A stretch of 38,414 nt of DNA from a virus (Duplodnaviria; Caudoviricetes), in the IMG/VR virus record IMGVR_UViG_3300027790_000527, positions 1 through 38,414 of that record. One strand, written 5' to 3'. The position numbers and the translations under genes are program-made. Below are positions 35,057-38,414 of this stretch, in pieces. A model generated the notes under the pieces. That model had not been told where the DNA came from, ran no database searches, and saw only the letters and a list, made by a program, of their open reading frames with translations. Positions within the stretch are counted from its first letter, which is position 1. Every line of letters starts with the position of its first letter.

Positions 35057-35361
35057 TCCGGCAGCTCCACCTCTACTGCAGGCTCTGCAGGCGGCGCTGA
35101 CCGAATGAGCGCGCTTTCAGGTATGCCTTCGATCATTGCAATGCGGAGGGTGTGCAGTATGGCGCCGTCCTCGCCCTGCGATTTGTCAAGCTGGACTGCG
35201 GCAGCAGCGAAGGCCGCGCCGATCTCGCCGTGGTTGGTTTCTTCTTCAACAACGTCTCTGACGGCATCAATAATCGCGTTCGCAATAATGGTGACGGCAG
35301 ACACGCGGATGAACGGCTCTGGGCCTTCATTTTCAACGGTTTCACTGTTTTCATCGGTCAC
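35053..35361 (-). CDS. Acidic hypothetical protein (102 aa)
   Basis: AAGGGG SD, GTG start, packing. Confidence 0.65.
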   Translation of the reverse strand: MTDENSETVENEGPEPFIRVSAVTIIANAIIDAVRDVVEEETNHGEIGAAFAAAAVQLDKSQGEDGAILHTLRIAMIEGIPESALIRSAPPAEPAVEVELPE

Positions 35362-35385
35362 GTCGGGTTTTCCCTTTTAAGGTTG

Positions 35386-35994
35386 TCAAATTGTGTCAAG
35401 CCGCTGAGGGGCGTTTGTTGGCAGCTGCAGGCGGCAGTAAAGGCCCAGGGCGTCACGAATCCGCTCAGCTGCTGTGCCGTGCTTAAGGCCGTGTGTGTCC
35501 TCGGCTTCCCTGAGTGGGATGCCCTCGATAATCACGTCCCTGCAGAGGTTGAATGGGATCTTTCGGCGCCTGAGCTCGTCCGTCCAGGCAACGTACCGGA
35601 TCTCGGCCATCACATCAGAAAGGCGCTCATAGTCAGACCAACCGCCGCCGTTACTTTCCTCGTAGCGGAACTGACGGTAGCTCACGTCGCCCGTCTTGAG
35701 GCGGTAGCCGCGCACGATCGCTGCAGCTGCTGCATACTCCTGCGCTGTGATATTGCCGCCCTTGAGCATGCGGAAAATCGCACAAGCTCTACGGTACTTG
35801 CGGGTGCCTTTGGTGCCCCGGTCCGTGTTTGGTCGCGCGCCTTGTTCCTTGTTGCGGATCCGGACGCGCTCACCTTCGCGTTTTTCGGCTTGGCTTTTCA
35901 GATAGACCGCTTGGTCGAATGACATGCCCATTTCTTTGGCAATATCCTCACATGCCAAACTCGTTGCCCGTTTCAGTAGCTTGTTCAAGCTCAA
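35386..35994 (-). CDS. Putative late transcription regulator (DUF6456 / antiterminator Q-like, 202 aa)
   Basis: MLKGGNITAQEYAAA then C-terminal HTH-like DVIIEGIPLREAE...G...RIRDAL; position between replication and late genes. Confidence 0.6.
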   Translation of the reverse strand: MSLNKLLKRATSLACEDIAKEMGMSFDQAVYLKSQAEKREGERVRIRNKEQGARPNTDRGTKGTRKYRRACAIFRMLKGGNITAQEYAAAAAIVRGYRLKTGDVSYRQFRYEESNGGGWSDYERLSDVMAEIRYVAWTDELRRRKIPFNLCRDVIIEGIPLREAEDTHGLKHGTAAERIRDALGLYCRLQLPTNAPQRLDTI

Positions 35995-36013
35995 GTGCCT
36001 CTCCCCTGCCCTG

Positions 36014-36421
36014 TTATGCTGCTGCCTGTGCAGCAGACAGCCCCTGTTCCTTGAGATATACCTGGCAAGCGAACGGATGGCCGGTGAAGCAACGACCGGC
36101 GCGGGTCAGAAACCCTCGCGTCAGGCGGTCTGCCCGCTGTTCCGGCGTTTCATTCGATCGCCTGCGCTCCCGTGCGGCCAAAGCTGCATATTCCTTGCGG
36201 TAATTCTCATCTTCTTCGCGGAGGGCTTGGTGCTTCTCCCTAGCCTTGTCTCGCTTGATCTTCTTCCGCATGGCTCTGCGGGAGCGGGCAGCTTGGACAA
36301 GGAAGCGAACATTTTCTTCATCGCGGCCAGCGTCTTCCGCCAGCTGGGCAAATGTCCGGCCATCTTCCCGGGCTTTCAGTAACTTGTCCTGTAGTGCGTG
36401 CAATTCCTTGCGCTTCATCAT
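36014..36421 (-). CDS. Basic hypothetical protein with N-terminal HTH-like segment (135 aa)
   Basis: REDGRTFAQLAEDAGRDEENVRFL; TGATG coupling. Confidence 0.65.
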   Translation of the reverse strand: MMKRKELHALQDKLLKAREDGRTFAQLAEDAGRDEENVRFLVQAARSRRAMRKKIKRDKAREKHQALREEDENYRKEYAALAARERRRSNETPEQRADRLTRGFLTRAGRCFTGHPFACQVYLKEQGLSAAQAAA

Positions 36422-36672
36422 CACTCTGTGTCCTTTGGTTTGTTGCGCCGGGCCCATACCCAACCGTCTTCGGTCAGGTTGAGCGCTCTGCGGCGGTTTA
36501 CCGGCAGCAAGATCAGCCCTTTTTCTTCCAGTTGGTGAATGATCTTGTGTGCGCTGGATTTCGACTTTGCGCCCATTTGTGCTGCGATCTGCTCGAAGCT
36601 TGGCGCATGCCCCTCATGCTCAAGGAAGTCGCCCAGGTAGCCGATCACTTGACCCTCCAACGGTGTCAGCAT
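36421..36672 (-). CDS. Stand-alone LexA-type winged-helix DNA-binding protein (83 aa)
   Basis: MLTP...GHAPSFEQIA..MGAKSKSSAH..IHQLEEKGLI...RRAL; no peptidase S24 domain. Confidence 0.85.
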   Translation of the reverse strand: MLTPLEGQVIGYLGDFLEHEGHAPSFEQIAAQMGAKSKSSAHKIIHQLEEKGLILLPVNRRRALNLTEDGWVWARRNKPKDTE

Positions 36673-36884
36673 TAAGCGAAATTCCTTTCGTGGTATGTCT
36701 GGCAGTCGATACAGCGCTTTGCCGTTGGCTTGGCCTTCCTGCGGGCTTCCGGGATCTGATCGCCGCAATCAATGCAGTCATCACTCAGCGGTTTTTCGCC
36801 AATGTTGGCAGCGCGGGCTGCCTCGATACCCTTGTCGCGCAGGGTTTGCTCAAGGGCGCTTGCTTGATCACACAAATCAGCCAT
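36672..36884 (-). CDS. TraR/DksA-family C4 zinc-finger protein (70 aa)
   Basis: MADLCDQA, CIDCGDQIPEARR...RCIDCQ. Confidence 0.92.
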   Translation of the reverse strand: MADLCDQASALEQTLRDKGIEAARAANIGEKPLSDDCIDCGDQIPEARRKAKPTAKRCIDCQTYHERNFA

Positions 36885-37050
36885 GGTGCAGCTCCTGCGT
36901 TTTCATTTCCTGCTGCATCTGCCAGCGGCCAAGGTAGACGCCCTCGTCTTTTCCTTTCCACCGGCCCAGCTGGTACGTGATCCAACAGGCCATTGCCGCT
37001 AGCCCTACAAACACGGCGATCGTCAGTGCCGCCCATACTTCAATGCTCAT
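36877..37050 (-). CDS. Small single-TM protein (57 aa) absent from the ORF track
   Basis: Manual translation MSIEVWAALTIAVFVGLAAMACWITYQLGRWKGKDEG...; GGGG SD; fills the gap exactly. Confidence 0.7.
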   Translation of the reverse strand: MSIEVWAALTIAVFVGLAAMACWITYQLGRWKGKDEGVYLGRWQMQQEMKTQELHHG

Positions 37051-37063
37051 GGTGTTTCCCCCG

Positions 37064-37699
37064 TTATGCTGCCGCTTTGGCAGCCTTGCGTCTGCTCTCC
37101 CCGGTCAGGAAGATTTTCACATGGTCTTCGCGGATCCGGTCAGCGATCGCCTCGCCAACAGCTTCCTTGAATTGGTCTTGTTTGAGGTTCCCGATAAAGA
37201 CGGTGGGGCGCATGGCGTTGTAGCGGCCATTCACCAGATCAAAGAGGCGTAGGCTCTCTGCGCTGGTGTTGTATTGGCGCCCGATCTCATCCACGATCAG
37301 GAACGGCTTGTCGATGAACTGCTGAGAGGTCTTCTCGGCAATGATGCGGTTGGATGCTGCCAGCGCCTGCGTATAGTAAGGCTGCACACCCATCTTGATT
37401 GCCTCTGCTGCAATGGCAGCGGCCAAGTGCGTCTTGCCTGTACCTGTGGGGCCCAGAAGCAGTAGATTGCCCTTTGGGTGGTCGCGCAGATACTTCACGG
37501 CCTTGTCTTGGACCTCTTGCTCAAAGTCTGCGATGGTTGCGTGCGCGTACCTGGCGGGAACCTGCGCAATGATCAAGCCGCCACATACGGGGCACTTGTT
37601 CGTGATGTGGTCCTGATTGGCCAACCATCGGCTGACCTTAAAAGGGCCGTGAATCGTGCATTCAGAATTCACTGTTTTCGTCCTCGTCTTTCCAATCAT
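37064..37699 (-). CDS. DnaC/IstB-like AAA+ helicase loader (about 211 aa)
   Basis: CTIHG...CPVC Zn motif, GPTGTGKTHLA, LIVDEIG, NGRYNAMRPT, IADRI. Confidence 0.88.
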   Translation of the reverse strand: MIGKTRTKTVNSECTIHGPFKVSRWLANQDHITNKCPVCGGLIIAQVPARYAHATIADFEQEVQDKAVKYLRDHPKGNLLLLGPTGTGKTHLAAAIAAEAIKMGVQPYYTQALAASNRIIAEKTSQQFIDKPFLIVDEIGRQYNTSAESLRLFDLVNGRYNAMRPTVFIGNLKQDQFKEAVGEAIADRIREDHVKIFLTGESRRKAAKAAA

Positions 37700-38414
37700 C
37701 GGGCTTTTCCGCAAGCTGGCTGCCAACGACACGCAGTTGCGGCTTGCCGGTTGCCATTGCATGGGCCTCAAGGATTGCTTCTTTGAAGTAGTTGAACGAC
37801 CGGATGGGCTGGCCCGCGGCAAGCTGGCTGCTCGCTTTATTCTCCACCACGCGGCGTATCAGTCCCTCATCAATGCCTGCTTCCAGCCACTGGCGCACCG
37901 GCACAAAGGAAATGTTGCTCGGCAGTGCTGCAATTTCCTGCAGTTCACATCCGAGCGTCATGAAATTCATATGAGCCCGCCCGCTGCTGGCTGATGTAGG
38001 TTTCAGTGTATCAGTATGGGGCTGGGTAGAAGATACAGAGCTAACCTGAGATAACTGGTTCTGGCTCTGGTTCTGGCTGCTTGAAGCTGGATCTCTAGGG
38101 TCGCTAGGGTCAGATTGGCTGTTTCCTGCCGTTTTCGCCATATTTTCAGCGCGTTTTTTTCCGCCTTTACTGCCGTTTTCAATCGCAGTTTCTCGGCTTT
38201 TTCTTGCATTTTCATGCGTTTCTAGGGCCCGATAATTAACGATAAGCCCGTCAACAACGGCAATTTTGCCCAGCTCGATCAGGCTGTTCTTGATGATGCC
38301 GAACTTGCGGGTGGATACATTGCACATGCGCGCAAGCCACTGGTTATCGTCGCGCAGGCCGCGGCCCTTCGACCACATCATGGCAAGCATGGTCACATAG
38401 GCCCCGCGTTCCTC
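37662..38414 (-). CDS. Replication initiator-like protein with YdaU/DUF1376-type N-terminus (5' end outside the window)
   Basis: EERGAYVTMLAMMW...DDNQWLARMC, NGSKGGK motif; upstream of the DnaC-like gene. Confidence 0.75.
   Translation of the reverse strand, partial: EERGAYVTMLAMMWSKGRGLRDDNQWLARMCNVSTRKFGIIKNSLIELGKIAVVDGLIVNYRALETHENARKSRETAIENGSKGGKKRAENMAKTAGNSQSDPSDPRDPASSSQNQSQNQLSQVSSVSSTQPHTDTLKPTSASSGRAHMNFMTLGCELQEIAALPSNISFVPVRQWLEAGIDEGLIRRVVENKASSQLAAGQPIRSFNYFKEAILEAHAMATGKPQLRVVGSQLAEKPDDWKDEDENSEF
38055..38111. repeat. Short tandem repeats inside the initiator gene
   Basis: CTGGTTCTGGCT x2 (38055-38078) and CTAGGGTC x2 (38095-38102, 38104-38111). Confidence 0.7.

Larger units (their letters stand above)
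1..38414 (-). mobile_element. Podovirus-like tailed phage or prophage (N4-gp56-type capsid, DarB-like giant virion protein); boundaries lie outside the window
   Basis: Tightly packed minus-strand genes with terminase, portal, capsid, tail, lysis, ejection and replication modules; no tape measure or sheath gene seen. Confidence 0.95.

Noticed and set aside
1-38414. CRISPR array, tRNA, integrase or att sites
   Set aside because: None recognised; the lysogeny module, if present, lies outside the window, so temperate status is not demonstrated

Overview
This window is most of a tailed, podovirus-like (pro)phage genome, probably from an alphaproteobacterial host (inferred from the gene families, not proven). 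Nearly all real genes are on the minus strand. Reading right to left: (1) replication and regulation: YdaU/DUF1376-like initiator (cut by the window edge), DnaC/IstB-like loader, TraR/DksA Zn finger, stand-alone LexA-type DNA-binding domain, DUF6456/Q-like late regulator, MazG-like protein and small hypotheticals; (2) a hairpin-gated leader, then an unusually placed adsorption or decoration cassette (LamG-domain protein, three small proteins, Gly-rich protein, chaperone-like protein); (3) TerS and a TerL split into separate ATPase and nuclease ORFs; (4) portal, scaffold and N4-gp56-type major capsid protein; (5) adaptor, tail nozzle and tail fibre; (6) lysis cassette (two membrane proteins, endolysin, overlapped spanins); (7) ejection proteins ending in a 3324-aa polyvalent protein (SF2 helicase + N6-adenine MTase + HExxH peptidase + LPD38-like region). 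No integrase, CI repressor, att site, tRNA, CRISPR array or reverse transcriptase was seen. All family calls come from motif recognition by eye; no database searches were run.
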